Positions 9,523-18,429 of a DNA stretch of 64,000 nt are shown one piece after another. Each line of letters begins with the position of its first letter. Positions within the stretch are counted from its first letter, which is position 1. The position numbers were made by a program, and so were the translations under genes. The notes below the pieces were generated by a model. That model was not told where the DNA came from. It worked only from the letters and a program-made list of their open reading frames with translations, and did not search any database. The stretch spans positions 592,329 to 656,328 of the forward strand of contig JBGAKR010000001.1 in assembly GCA_044224315.1 (NCBI GenBank), read 5' to 3'. The DNA is from Bacteroidia bacterium (GTDB taxonomy: Bacteria > Bacteroidota > Bacteroidia > NS11-12g > UBA955).

Positions 9523-10766
9523 AACTTGTTAAGGCTTATAATAACTATTACTTAAAGATCGTTGCTGCACTTTTAATTGTTGGAAGTGTTGCTATTTTTT
9601 TAACATTTAAGGTGCTATTCGAAGAAGAAATACAAGAACAACTGCAATATCAGAAAGAACAACTGCTAAAGAATGATTATAGCTTTATAAATCCTTTGAA
9701 TAAACTACCCATTGAAGGAATATTTACAGAAATTACCACAAAAAAAGGCAAAGATACTCAATATACAACTACTTACTTTGACCAAACAGAACAACAAAGC
9801 ATTCCTTTTGAGGAATTAACATTTTATAAACCGATTCAAAATCATTTTATTAAATTTACCATTCGTAAATCATTGGTGGAATTTGACGATTTACTTTACA
9901 TGCTGATTATTACCATATTATCCATTTTCTTAGTATTTACAGTAGTTTTATATTTTGTCAATCGGGAAATAACAGGAAAACTGTTTGCTCCATTTTTCAA
10001 CAGTATTGAAAAAATTAAACAAAATGAAACTTTTCTTAGCAGTGCTTTGAATTTACCAGAGACTCCAATTGAGGAGTTTAGTTTGTTGAATGCAGCTCTG
10101 AATAAATTTGATGAAAGCCTGAGGAATGAATACAAGAATATAGCCCAGTTTACAGATAATGTATCCCATGAACTGCAAACTCCAATTGCAATACTAAGCA
10201 ACAGAGTTGAATCCGTTTTAGAAAATGGAGTAGCTGACGATGCAACAAAAAAAGAATTAGCCGATATATTTGAAACAATTCAACAGATTAAGAAGATAAA
10301 TGAAACATTATTTCTCATGTCCAGACTTGAGAGTAAAAGTTTCAAAGACAACAGTCTATGTGATCTGAATAACTTGATAGAAATTAAAATTCAGGAATAT
10401 CAGCAATTTGGCTTGCTGAATAATCTAAGAATAGAAAATTTGGGTAGACAAGCATTTGAGGTTCAAATGAATCATGGTCTTGCAATAATATTGATAAACA
10501 ATTTGTTGAACAATGCAATCAAACATAATATTAATTCAGGATACATAAAAATTGAAACGAGTCCAACAAAAATTGAAATCACCAATACCGGATTGGTTTT
10601 GGATAAACCAGCATCGGAAATGCTAACCCGTTTTAAACGGGGAGAATCTGCTATTCAAGGCCTTGGATTGGGACTTTCAATTGTAGATGATATATGCAAA
10701 CTTTACAGGCTTAAACTGGAATATTCTGAAACAGATTCCATTCATTCCATTAGCATCTCCAAATAG
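9519..10766 (+). CDS. sensor histidine kinase
   Basis: Two TM segments. H-box is VSHELQTPIA, N-box is LLNNAIKHN, and the G-boxes are GLGLGLSIV. Overlaps the response regulator gene by 4 nt. Confidence 0.8.
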   Translation: MKLVKAYNNYYLKIVAALLIVGSVAIFLTFKVLFEEEIQEQLQYQKEQLLKNDYSFINPLNKLPIEGIFTEITTKKGKDTQYTTTYFDQTEQQSIPFEELTFYKPIQNHFIKFTIRKSLVEFDDLLYMLIITILSIFLVFTVVLYFVNREITGKLFAPFFNSIEKIKQNETFLSSALNLPETPIEEFSLLNAALNKFDESLRNEYKNIAQFTDNVSHELQTPIAILSNRVESVLENGVADDATKKELADIFETIQQIKKINETLFLMSRLESKSFKDNSLCDLNNLIEIKIQEYQQFGLLNNLRIENLGRQAFEVQMNHGLAIILINNLLNNAIKHNINSGYIKIETSPTKIEITNTGLVLDKPASEMLTRFKRGESAIQGLGLGLSIVDDICKLYRLKLEYSETDSIHSISISK

Positions 10767-11020
10767 CCATCAAAATTCAGATTCTCTACAAATTCTAACT
10801 GTATAATTGGGACAAATTGTCCAAACCTGTTTAATCTGGTATTTTCAATCCCTCTGAATGGCAACATTTTAAATTGTTTTGACTCTGTGTTTAATAAAGA
10901 TATATGAAACCTGCTTATTTAAAACAGTTTGGACTAATTTAATGCACAAAATCTAAATCAAATCATATATCCAACTGGAAAGATCAAGTTTACAAAAAAT
11001 ATAAAATCCCAATACTAAAG

Positions 11021-11782
11021 ATGAACAATCAAACCAATTCAATGCACAACAAAGTTCCTGAGATAACCATATTTTTCTGGATAATCAAAGTGTTGGGAAC
11101 TACGGTCGGAGAAACAGCCGCTGATTATCTTTCATTCAACCTAAAACTTGGATTAACAGCCACTTCCATTATTATGGCTGGCATTTTACTTGCTGCGCTA
11201 GTTACCCAAATTCGTTACAAAAAATATGTTCCCTGGATATATTGGGTGACTGTTGTACTTATTAGTATTGTAGGTACACTGATTACGGATGACTTGGTAG
11301 AAAATTTTGGTATTTCACTGAAAACAACTACTATCCTGTTTGGTTCCGCTTTGGTAGTGACTTTTGTAATTTGGTATAAAAGTGAAAAAACGCTGTCCAT
11401 ACATTCCATTTATACTATTAGAAGAGAAATATTCTATTGGGCAGCCATTTTGTTCACCTTTGCTTTTGGGACAGCCTTTGGCGATTTATTGTCAGAAGGT
11501 CTAAATTGGGGTTATGCCATATCGGCTCTCATATTTGCAGGGATAATTGGTTTAGTAATGATTGCGTATTACAAATTCAAACTCAATGCTATTCTTTCTT
11601 TTTGGATAGTATATGTTCTTACCCGTCCTTTGGGTGCATCAATGGGTGATTTACTAACTGCTCCTGTTAAAGAAGGTGGTTGGGGGATTGATTCTTCTAT
11701 AATCAGTACAATTTTCCTGCTAATCATTGTTGGTTTGGTTGTGTATTTGACAAGAAAACAGAACAAAATACTTATGAGGTGA
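11021..11782 (+). CDS. conserved polytopic membrane protein of unknown function with internal repeats
   Basis: About 8 TM helices. Repeated GxxxGDxL motifs: TTVGETAADYLS, TAFGDLLSEGL and LGASMGDLLTAPV. Confidence 0.55.
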   Translation: MNNQTNSMHNKVPEITIFFWIIKVLGTTVGETAADYLSFNLKLGLTATSIIMAGILLAALVTQIRYKKYVPWIYWVTVVLISIVGTLITDDLVENFGISLKTTTILFGSALVVTFVIWYKSEKTLSIHSIYTIRREIFYWAAILFTFAFGTAFGDLLSEGLNWGYAISALIFAGIIGLVMIAYYKFKLNAILSFWIVYVLTRPLGASMGDLLTAPVKEGGWGIDSSIISTIFLLIIVGLVVYLTRKQNKILMR

Positions 11783-11977
11783 ATCTTGTGAGTAGGAAAA
11801 TTTGATTTCCCCACTCTTATAAATCTTAGCACCAATCAGATCTGTAAATCTGAAAAAGAAAGTATTTACAACCCGTTTGTTCAATATAGTCTGAGGCAAA
11901 ACCTACTCACTTGGTTTGGTTTTTTATCAATAGTTCTACGACAAGTACAATTCAAAATGTTTGACCTATGTTTGACC

Positions 11978-12019
11978 TAGGTTTAAACAAACAAGGCTTC
12001 CAGATGTCTGAAAGCCTTG
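11978..12019 (-). terminator. rho-independent terminator downstream of tRNA-Pro
   Basis: Hairpin CAAGGCTT-(12 nt)-AAGCCTTG immediately 3' of the tRNA on the minus strand, followed by TTTGTTTAAACC. Confidence 0.5.
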
Positions 12020-12030
12020 TCCTGATTGAG

Positions 12031-12104
12031 TCGGGATGGCGAGATTCGAACTCACGACCCCTTGCACCCCATGCAAGTGCGCTACCGGGCTGCGCTACAT
12101 CCCG
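12031..12104 (-). tRNA. tRNA-Pro (anticodon GGG)
   Basis: Reverse complement folds as a 74-nt cloverleaf: acceptor CGGGATG/CATCCCG, D-stem GCGC/GCGC, anticodon stem CTTGC/GCAAG with loop AUGGGGU, T-arm GTGAG-TTCGAAT-CTCGC, discriminator A. CCA is not encoded. Confidence 0.85.
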
Positions 12105-12212
12105 AAATGCCAGTTTATTGGCTCCCTTTGAACAATTGGGGTTCCAAAGGGGCTGCAAAAATACAATATTCTATTCTTATTCTTATCAAAAAAATATGCT
12201 TTCTTTGCTCCC

Positions 12213-12842
12213 ATGTTGTCGCTTATCTCCCTCATCCATAAAATTTCAGTAAGCCTGTTCTTACTTTCTTACATCATTCGCCTGGTGGGTATGCTTGGAA
12301 ACATTGCCGCCATCCAAAATCTGTATGCCAAAAAATCTATGCGCATGCTGGTAGATATGCTCATCAGCACGGTTTTCCTGGTTACCGGGGTTTACCTGCT
12401 GCTGCAACTGCCTTCTGCTATGATTGGCAAATTCCTCATTATCAAAATTGTACTGGTTTTAATCAGTATCCCTGTTGCCATTATCGGCTTCAAAAAGGGC
12501 AATAAAATGCTGGCCATCCTGTCTGTACTGCTGCTTGTAGGTGCTTATGGACTGGGTGAAATGAACAAGAAAAACCCTCCCATGCAGGATATAGTGGTAA
12601 ATGCGGCACAAAGCGATACCGACCTGTTTACCGCGGCCAACTGTGCTACTTGCCACGGTGCAGGCGGAAACCAACCCATGGCCGGTGTTAAAAACCTTAC
12701 CCAAAGCCAGCTTAGCAGCGATGAAGTGCGCAACATGATTGTAAAAGGCAAAAATGTAATGCCGGGCTATGGCAAAAAATTAAGCCCCGCCCAAATCGAT
12801 CAGTTGGTGAATTATGTGATGACCCTCAGGGTGTCAAAATAA
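12213..12842 (+). CDS. membrane-anchored class I c-type cytochrome (SirB2-like 4-TM N-domain fused to a cytochrome c domain)
   Basis: Haem-binding CxxCH in ANCATCHGAGG and a distal Met in NVMPGYG. N-terminal hydrophobic domain. Confidence 0.7.
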   Translation: MLSLISLIHKISVSLFLLSYIIRLVGMLGNIAAIQNLYAKKSMRMLVDMLISTVFLVTGVYLLLQLPSAMIGKFLIIKIVLVLISIPVAIIGFKKGNKMLAILSVLLLVGAYGLGEMNKKNPPMQDIVVNAAQSDTDLFTAANCATCHGAGGNQPMAGVKNLTQSQLSSDEVRNMIVKGKNVMPGYGKKLSPAQIDQLVNYVMTLRVSK

Positions 12843-14303
12843 GCCCTGGGTATTTTCAAACATGCGTTCGTAAAAGCGGATGCATTCCATGTAATTGTTT
12901 ACCGCCATCCTTTCATTGATGCCATGAATGCCACTTGCATTGGCATTGTTGATACGTAAGGGCACAAAACGGTACACATAGTCCGAGATTTCATAATAAT
13001 GCTGGCAATCGGTTACGGCTAATACTTGTCCGGGTAAACTTACCACGTTTTCAAAGGTTTGGTGTATAGATTTGCGGATCACATTCCAGCTAAAATCGGT
13101 GGTTTTGGTAACCGGACTGGGTTCGGTAAAATCCCAGTGCTTTTCCAATTGTACTCGAGGGTCGTTTACCACCTTTCGTACCTCATCTATAGTGCTTTGC
13201 ACAGATTCGCCGGGAATAATTCTGAAATTCACCATGGCTTCAGCCACATTGGGCACTACATTGTCTTTCACACCGGCATTGATGCGCGTAGTTACATGCA
13301 CCGTACTGATAGCGGCAGCGGTTTTTTCATTGCCCCGCATTACCATTTTCACCAATGGACTGGTGGCCCAGAGGTTTGAAAACAGAAGCCTATATCCAAA
13401 ACCCATCTCGGGTGCACCCTGTTTTAAAAATGCATGCATGGGTTCTGAAAATTTTTCATGAAACCGATGTTTATCAATGCGATTTAAGGCCGCTGTGAGC
13501 ACCGAGGTGGCATTGTCGGCCTTGGGCATAGAAGAGTGCCCTCCATCCATTTTTACCTTTAACTTAATGCTTACATACCCTTTTTCGGCCAATCCAATCA
13601 GGGCAGTGGGCGCTTTAATGCCGGGAACGATGCCTTCCGTTACACCCAGGCCTTCATCCATTATAAAGGCAGTGCGGATTTTTTGGCTTTTCAGGTATTT
13701 GGCTATTACCGAAGCGCCTTTGTGTCCGCCCGATTCTTCGTCGTGCCCGAAGGCAAAATATACCCCTCTTTGTAGTTTTTTACCCGCTTTTAAAAACTGT
13801 TCCATGGCCTCCAGCAGGGCTATGGCCACCACCTTGTCATCGAGCACACCGCGGCCATAAATGGTATCGTGGTCTACCTTGCCGGCAAAGGGGGCAAATT
13901 TCCAGTATTTCAAATCGGCCGAGTCTACCGGAACCACATCCAGATGGGCCAGGTACATGGCAGGCGCATCCTTATTATCGGGTCCCGGAAACTGAAACAG
14001 CATGCTGCCTTCCGGAAAAATGGTAACCTTGGCTTTGGCAAAACAAAGGGGGTAGGTTTTGCGCATCCAATCCTGCATGCGGCGCAATTCGGCCATTTTA
14101 AATTCCCCATCGCTGAGGTGATCATAAGTTACAGTTTGGAACTGCAGGGCCTGCGAAAAGTGGTTAACAGCGACGGTATCAGCTGCAGGTTTGCCCTCCC
14201 ATTTAACTTTGGGTTGGGTACTGGTATTTGTAAACGTGATGACAAGCATTGCCATTAGCAATGCCAGTAAAGCCAAACCCAAAAATCGCAGGATTTTGCG
14301 CAT
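12834..14303 (-). CDS. M20 family metallopeptidase (dipeptidase/carboxypeptidase-type)
   Basis: AHLDVVPV, YGRGVLDDK and FGHDEESGG metal-ligand motifs, with signal peptide MRKILRFLGLALLALLMAMLVI. Confidence 0.8.
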   Translation of the reverse strand: MRKILRFLGLALLALLMAMLVITFTNTSTQPKVKWEGKPAADTVAVNHFSQALQFQTVTYDHLSDGEFKMAELRRMQDWMRKTYPLCFAKAKVTIFPEGSMLFQFPGPDNKDAPAMYLAHLDVVPVDSADLKYWKFAPFAGKVDHDTIYGRGVLDDKVVAIALLEAMEQFLKAGKKLQRGVYFAFGHDEESGGHKGASVIAKYLKSQKIRTAFIMDEGLGVTEGIVPGIKAPTALIGLAEKGYVSIKLKVKMDGGHSSMPKADNATSVLTAALNRIDKHRFHEKFSEPMHAFLKQGAPEMGFGYRLLFSNLWATSPLVKMVMRGNEKTAAAISTVHVTTRINAGVKDNVVPNVAEAMVNFRIIPGESVQSTIDEVRKVVNDPRVQLEKHWDFTEPSPVTKTTDFSWNVIRKSIHQTFENVVSLPGQVLAVTDCQHYYEISDYVYRFVPLRINNANASGIHGINERMAVNNYMECIRFYERMFENTQGLF

Positions 14304-14308
14304 GTAGA

Positions 14309-14782
14309 TTATTCCTCTATAGAAACAAAAATGGTTTTATACCCGGCAGGTATTTGGGGCGCTACCACTATATTGGTACTGGTAATATCGGTTCCACAAC
14401 CCTTGCATCTTTCTACACGCACGGAGTAGGTATAGGTTTTTGCAGCCGAGTCAATTTCAATGTTGCGATGAAACGCAGCATTACAGGCCACGGATTTTAC
14501 TTTAAACCCGACGATGCAATTTTTGCTAAAATCAACGGCATCTAAAGTAGCCGTGCAATTGGTAAAATGGGCTTTTTTAAATTTGGTAAAATCAGAGTCT
14601 GAGGCAATAATCAGGGTAGAATCGAATTGCGCATAAATAAAACACTCTTTGAAATCGTACATGCCTACAATTTTTCCGCTGTAGGAACTTTGCAACGAAC
14701 GGCATTTTTTATTGCAGGCCTGCTGACCAAATACAATTCCAGCCAACACCACAGTGGCCAACACTACTTTTAAACTTTTCAT
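14309..14782 (-). CDS. small Cys-containing lipoprotein, member A of a three-copy paralogous family in this window
   Basis: Lipobox GQQAC. Four conserved Cys and a C-terminal IVVAPQIPAGYKTIF shared with the ORFs at 40791 and 41298. Start moved to the MKSLKVV ATG. Confidence 0.5.
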   Translation of the reverse strand: MKSLKVVLATVVLAGIVFGQQACNKKCRSLQSSYSGKIVGMYDFKECFIYAQFDSTLIIASDSDFTKFKKAHFTNCTATLDAVDFSKNCIVGFKVKSVACNAAFHRNIEIDSAAKTYTYSVRVERCKGCGTDITSTNIVVAPQIPAGYKTIFVSIEE

Positions 14783-14859
14783 TATTACTGAAACCCGGTG
14801 GGCTTTGCCACGCAAGTTAGGCAAAAATTAAAAACAGAAAACGCAAACCCTCGTTTCGG

Positions 14860-15966
14860 TTAACGCGGGGTAAGTGTTACCTTTAAATCAATATGGCCCG
14901 GACCCTCCACGCTAGAGCTGGTGCTGCCCTGTCCGTTTTTAAATTCGATTTTTCGGGTAGCTGCAAACTGTTCTCCATCAATTTCGATGATATTACCAGC
15001 GGTATCACAGGTAATTTTGGCTTTTATGGTAGTAGCTGCATCTACGGTTTGACCCAGGTAGGAAAGGTGCCCGAATTTATCGTAGGTATAGCTGGTAATC
15101 TCTCTGATTTCGTTATCGCCGCGGGTTACTTTGGTTTTTACTACCAATTGGCCGGCCGCATTGTACAGCAGTTTGGTATCGGTATCGTAGTATTTATCCT
15201 GGGCATTTTTAATTACCGGCAAGCCCTCTTTGTTGTATTGGTAGCTGGTTGTATAAACCGTTTCGCCACCCATATCGCTTCGCATAAAATACTCTATCAG
15301 TTTAATCTGGCCTTTCTCGTTATAAGTAAAATTCCATCGGTTGTAGCCGGTAGACTTTTTAAGCAATACGCCTTTGGTATCGAATACATACCAAATCGAA
15401 TCCTGCGAGATGTAGTCGGTTCCGCGTTCTCTTAATTCCAAAAAAAGTCCATCTTTAAAAGCTTTGTAACTCACTTTTTCGCGGCTTTGCAAAACCCAAC
15501 CTGTATCTGCATGGTAATAACTTTCTACCAGCTTCAATCGGCCGGTTTCGTCGGCAGATCGCAATTCTTTCATAATGGGCTTTTCTTTGCCTTCGCGCAC
15601 TGCTGTCATGGTTTTGGTTATTACCCCATTTTTGATTGAATAGGTAATCAATGAAGTAGAAGTTTTACCTTCCATTACAATCTTCATTTCACCCTTGCTG
15701 TAATCATAACTCACGCTGCGTTCGCGGGTTATTTCCTCCATGGTAAATTTTGAAACCATGCTTACTTTCGCCATATTTTGCAGATTGCTCCAAGGCAAAA
15801 AACTCCCCGGGGCCTGCATTTCTTCGTTGTATAAAGTAAGTAAATCCGTTGCCAGTTTTTCGGGGTAATATTTGGCCGTTTCACTGGCTGTGTTCATTTC
15901 CTGGGCAGTGGCTGAAAAAATGCTAATGCCACTTAGCAAAACGATAAATAGGAATGGTTTCATCAT
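14860..15966 (-). CDS. secreted protein with YD-repeat-like motifs
   Basis: Signal peptide MMKPFLFIVLLSGISIFSATAQ. Repeated xYxYDxxGxL-like units: SYDYSKGEM, TYNEKGQIKL, SYQYNKEGLPV, YNAAGQLVV and TYDKFGHLSY. Confidence 0.45.
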   Translation of the reverse strand: MMKPFLFIVLLSGISIFSATAQEMNTASETAKYYPEKLATDLLTLYNEEMQAPGSFLPWSNLQNMAKVSMVSKFTMEEITRERSVSYDYSKGEMKIVMEGKTSTSLITYSIKNGVITKTMTAVREGKEKPIMKELRSADETGRLKLVESYYHADTGWVLQSREKVSYKAFKDGLFLELRERGTDYISQDSIWYVFDTKGVLLKKSTGYNRWNFTYNEKGQIKLIEYFMRSDMGGETVYTTSYQYNKEGLPVIKNAQDKYYDTDTKLLYNAAGQLVVKTKVTRGDNEIREITSYTYDKFGHLSYLGQTVDAATTIKAKITCDTAGNIIEIDGEQFAATRKIEFKNGQGSTSSSVEGPGHIDLKVTLTPR

Positions 15967-16107
15967 GTTTCGAAATAATACTTTACTTACCAATTGTTGT
16001 ACCACAATTTTACAAAATGTGCAATTGACCCTGTAAATGACAGATTTGCGGCAGTAAAATGTGCAGTCATCGCAAAAAAGTCAGCTTTCATCTGAATTGC
16101 CCGATTT

Positions 16108-17571
16108 TTGCTTAGCTTAGATACAGAGTTACGCGAAATGAAACCAGTGTTTAAAAAAATTGCTCTCAGCTTTTTAATTCCAGCCGTTTCGGGCTTGCTC
16201 GGCGCCTGGGCTTTCTTCACTTTTGCCGGCAAAACCCCAGCCCAATTCTCATCCGTAAACCCCAATAGCGGCCTTTACCGCAATGTAAGCATGGAAGGTA
16301 TGCCCGATGGTTTTGTGAAAGCCTCATCGGTAAGCACACCCTGCGTGGTATTTATTAAAAACGAAAGTACTGTGCAGTACAATTCATTTGGCTGGTTTTG
16401 GGATTTCGACCCCTTTGGCAGCCGGGGTAAATCTACCAGTACCGGCAGCGGTGTAATTGTAAGCAAAGACGGGTATATCGTTACCAACAACCACGTTATC
16501 AGCGGAGCCGAAAACCTTACAGTGGTGCTAAACCAGCAAAAAAAGGAGTACAAGGCCAAAATTATTGGCACCGACCCCTCTACCGATCTGGCCCTTATTA
16601 AAATTGAGGCCAAAGACCTTCCCGCCATCACCATGGCCAATAGCGACAACCTACTGGTGGGTGATTGGGTGGTAGCCGTAGGCAATCCGTTTAACCTTAC
16701 CAGTACTGTTACCGCTGGTATAGTAAGTGCCAAAGGCCGCAATATCAATATTGTGCAAAACCAGTTTCCCATTGAAAGTTTTATTCAAACCGATGCTGCC
16801 ATTAACCCTGGCAACTCGGGTGGAGCCCTGGTAAACATTGCGGGCGAATTGGTAGGCATCAACACCGCCATTCAAAGCAATACCGGAAGCTACTCAGGCT
16901 ACGGATTTGCCATTCCCTCCAATATTGTAAGCAAAGTAGTTAAGGATTTTATCGAGTATGGCGAGGTTAAACGCGCTTTTGCCGGTCTCGACATTGCTGA
17001 TATTACCGGTGAAAAAGCCGAGTCGCTGAAACTGGAGAAAGATGCTGTTATTGTAGCAGATTTATTGGAAGATGGCCCTGCGCAGAAAGCGGGCATTAAA
17101 GCCGGCGATATCATTACCAAAATTGATGGCAAACCTGTGGGATCCAAGGCCGTGTTCGATGAAAACCTTGCCTATCGCCGTCCGGGTGATGAAATAAAAC
17201 TTACGGTTTGGCAAAGCAATACCGAAAAAGAGATTACGCTGAAGTTGATAGATAAAACCAACAATACCGCCCTGATGATGAAAGGGGCTGTAGGTAGCAA
17301 AATTTTGGGTGCCGATTTGCAACCCTTGTCCAAAACCGAGCTCAGTAAATTCAACCTCGAAAACGGCATACGGGTCATAAACATTCGCCGCGGGGGATAT
17401 GTGGATCAGATGAACCTGCCCGATGGTTTTATCATTACCCGTTTCAATGGCAAAGCATATACCGAGGCAGAAGATTTGATCAGTGCCATGGAATCGGCCA
17501 GCCGCCGCATTACCATAGAGGGGCTCACCAAAGAAGGTTCGAGGCAAAGTTTCAGCTTTTACACCAATTAA
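16108..17571 (+). CDS. HtrA/DegP-family periplasmic serine endoprotease with two PDZ domains
   Basis: Catalytic triad context TNNHVI, DLALIK and GNSGGALVN, followed by two PDZ-like segments. A possible alternative start is the ATG at 16138 (MKPVFKK). Confidence 0.85.
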   Translation: MLSLDTELREMKPVFKKIALSFLIPAVSGLLGAWAFFTFAGKTPAQFSSVNPNSGLYRNVSMEGMPDGFVKASSVSTPCVVFIKNESTVQYNSFGWFWDFDPFGSRGKSTSTGSGVIVSKDGYIVTNNHVISGAENLTVVLNQQKKEYKAKIIGTDPSTDLALIKIEAKDLPAITMANSDNLLVGDWVVAVGNPFNLTSTVTAGIVSAKGRNINIVQNQFPIESFIQTDAAINPGNSGGALVNIAGELVGINTAIQSNTGSYSGYGFAIPSNIVSKVVKDFIEYGEVKRAFAGLDIADITGEKAESLKLEKDAVIVADLLEDGPAQKAGIKAGDIITKIDGKPVGSKAVFDENLAYRRPGDEIKLTVWQSNTEKEITLKLIDKTNNTALMMKGAVGSKILGADLQPLSKTELSKFNLENGIRVINIRRGGYVDQMNLPDGFIITRFNGKAYTEAEDLISAMESASRRITIEGLTKEGSRQSFSFYTN

Positions 17572-17650
17572 CGGGGAGGGCTGTATTAACCTAACTTTGC
17601 ACCCGCAATATGACCCCATCCATTCCGAAGATTAAGGCAAAGAAATTGCC

Positions 17651-18370
17651 ATGGAAATTGCCGAAAAACTGGTAGGCATCAGCGACCGCTTGCAAATACC
17701 CCTGGTTTTTAAAGGCTCTTACCGCAAAGCCAACCGCAGCCGCATAGACAGTTTCACTGGCATTGGAGACGAAAAGGCCCTGGCTATCCTGGCCGAAGTG
17801 GGCGAAAAATATGGCATCCCCACAGTTACCGATATCCACGAATCGGGCGAAGCGGCCATGGCTGCAGCTTACGTAGATGTATTGCAGATTCCGGCCTTCC
17901 TGTTCCGTCAAACCGACTTGCTGGTGGCAGCCGCCAAAACCGGCAAATGGGTGAACATAAAAAAAGGCCAGTTTGCCGCAGCTGGTGCCATGAAACATGC
18001 CATGCAAAAATGCCTGGATAGTGGCAACGACCGTGTTATCCTCACCGACCGGGGCAATAGCTTCGGCTATACCGATTTGGTGGTGGATTTCCGAAACATC
18101 CCCGAAATGCAGAAATACGGCGCCCCTGTGGTGATGGATATTACCCATAGCTTACAACAACCCAACCAGGAAAGCGGGGTAACCGGTGGTAAACCCGAAC
18201 TGATTGAAACCATAGCCAAAGCTGCCATTGCGGTGGGTGCTGATGGATTGTTTATAGAAACACACCCCAATCCGGCCCAGGCCAAAAGCGATGGAGCCAA
18301 TATGCTTGCGTTGGATAAACTGGAAGAAATGCTCGAAAAACTCATCCGAATCCGGCAGGCCATTCTTTAA
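17651..18370 (+). CDS. kdsA: 3-deoxy-8-phosphooctulonate synthase (KDO8P synthase) homolog; the ORF appears to lack the N-terminal ~35 residues
   Basis: Aligns with E. coli KdsA from about residue 35 onward: FKGSYRKANRS, QIPAFLFRQTDL, DRGNSFGY, DITHSLQ, FIETHPNP. An in-frame TAA lies 16 nt upstream of the first ATG, and the htrA stop is only 79 nt upstream. Confidence 0.7.
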   Translation: MEIAEKLVGISDRLQIPLVFKGSYRKANRSRIDSFTGIGDEKALAILAEVGEKYGIPTVTDIHESGEAAMAAAYVDVLQIPAFLFRQTDLLVAAAKTGKWVNIKKGQFAAAGAMKHAMQKCLDSGNDRVILTDRGNSFGYTDLVVDFRNIPEMQKYGAPVVMDITHSLQQPNQESGVTGGKPELIETIAKAAIAVGADGLFIETHPNPAQAKSDGANMLALDKLEEMLEKLIRIRQAIL

Positions 18371-18383
18371 AATTTTGTACCAC

Positions 18384-18415
18384 AAAAAAAGGCGACCCAA
18401 GGGCCGCCTTTTTTA
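18384..18415. terminator. bidirectional rho-independent terminator between convergent kdsA and the OmpA-family gene
   Basis: AAAAAAA-GGCGACCC-AAGG-GCCGCC-TTTTTT. A GC-rich hairpin flanked by an A-run and a T-run. Confidence 0.55.
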
Positions 18416-18429
18416 TTGGTTATCATTTC

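Noticed and set aside
11952-12252. ORFs 11952..12158 (-) and 11968..12252 (+) and 12026..12241 (+) in the six-frame track
   Set aside because: They overlap the tRNA-Pro gene and its terminator and are read-through artefacts.
17610-17675. Alternative upstream frame MTPSIPKIKAKKLPWKLPKNW in front of kdsA as a possible missing N-terminus via frameshift
   Set aside because: The 21-aa peptide has no resemblance to the KdsA N-terminal beta-strand/GPC region, so a simple frameshift does not restore the missing segment.
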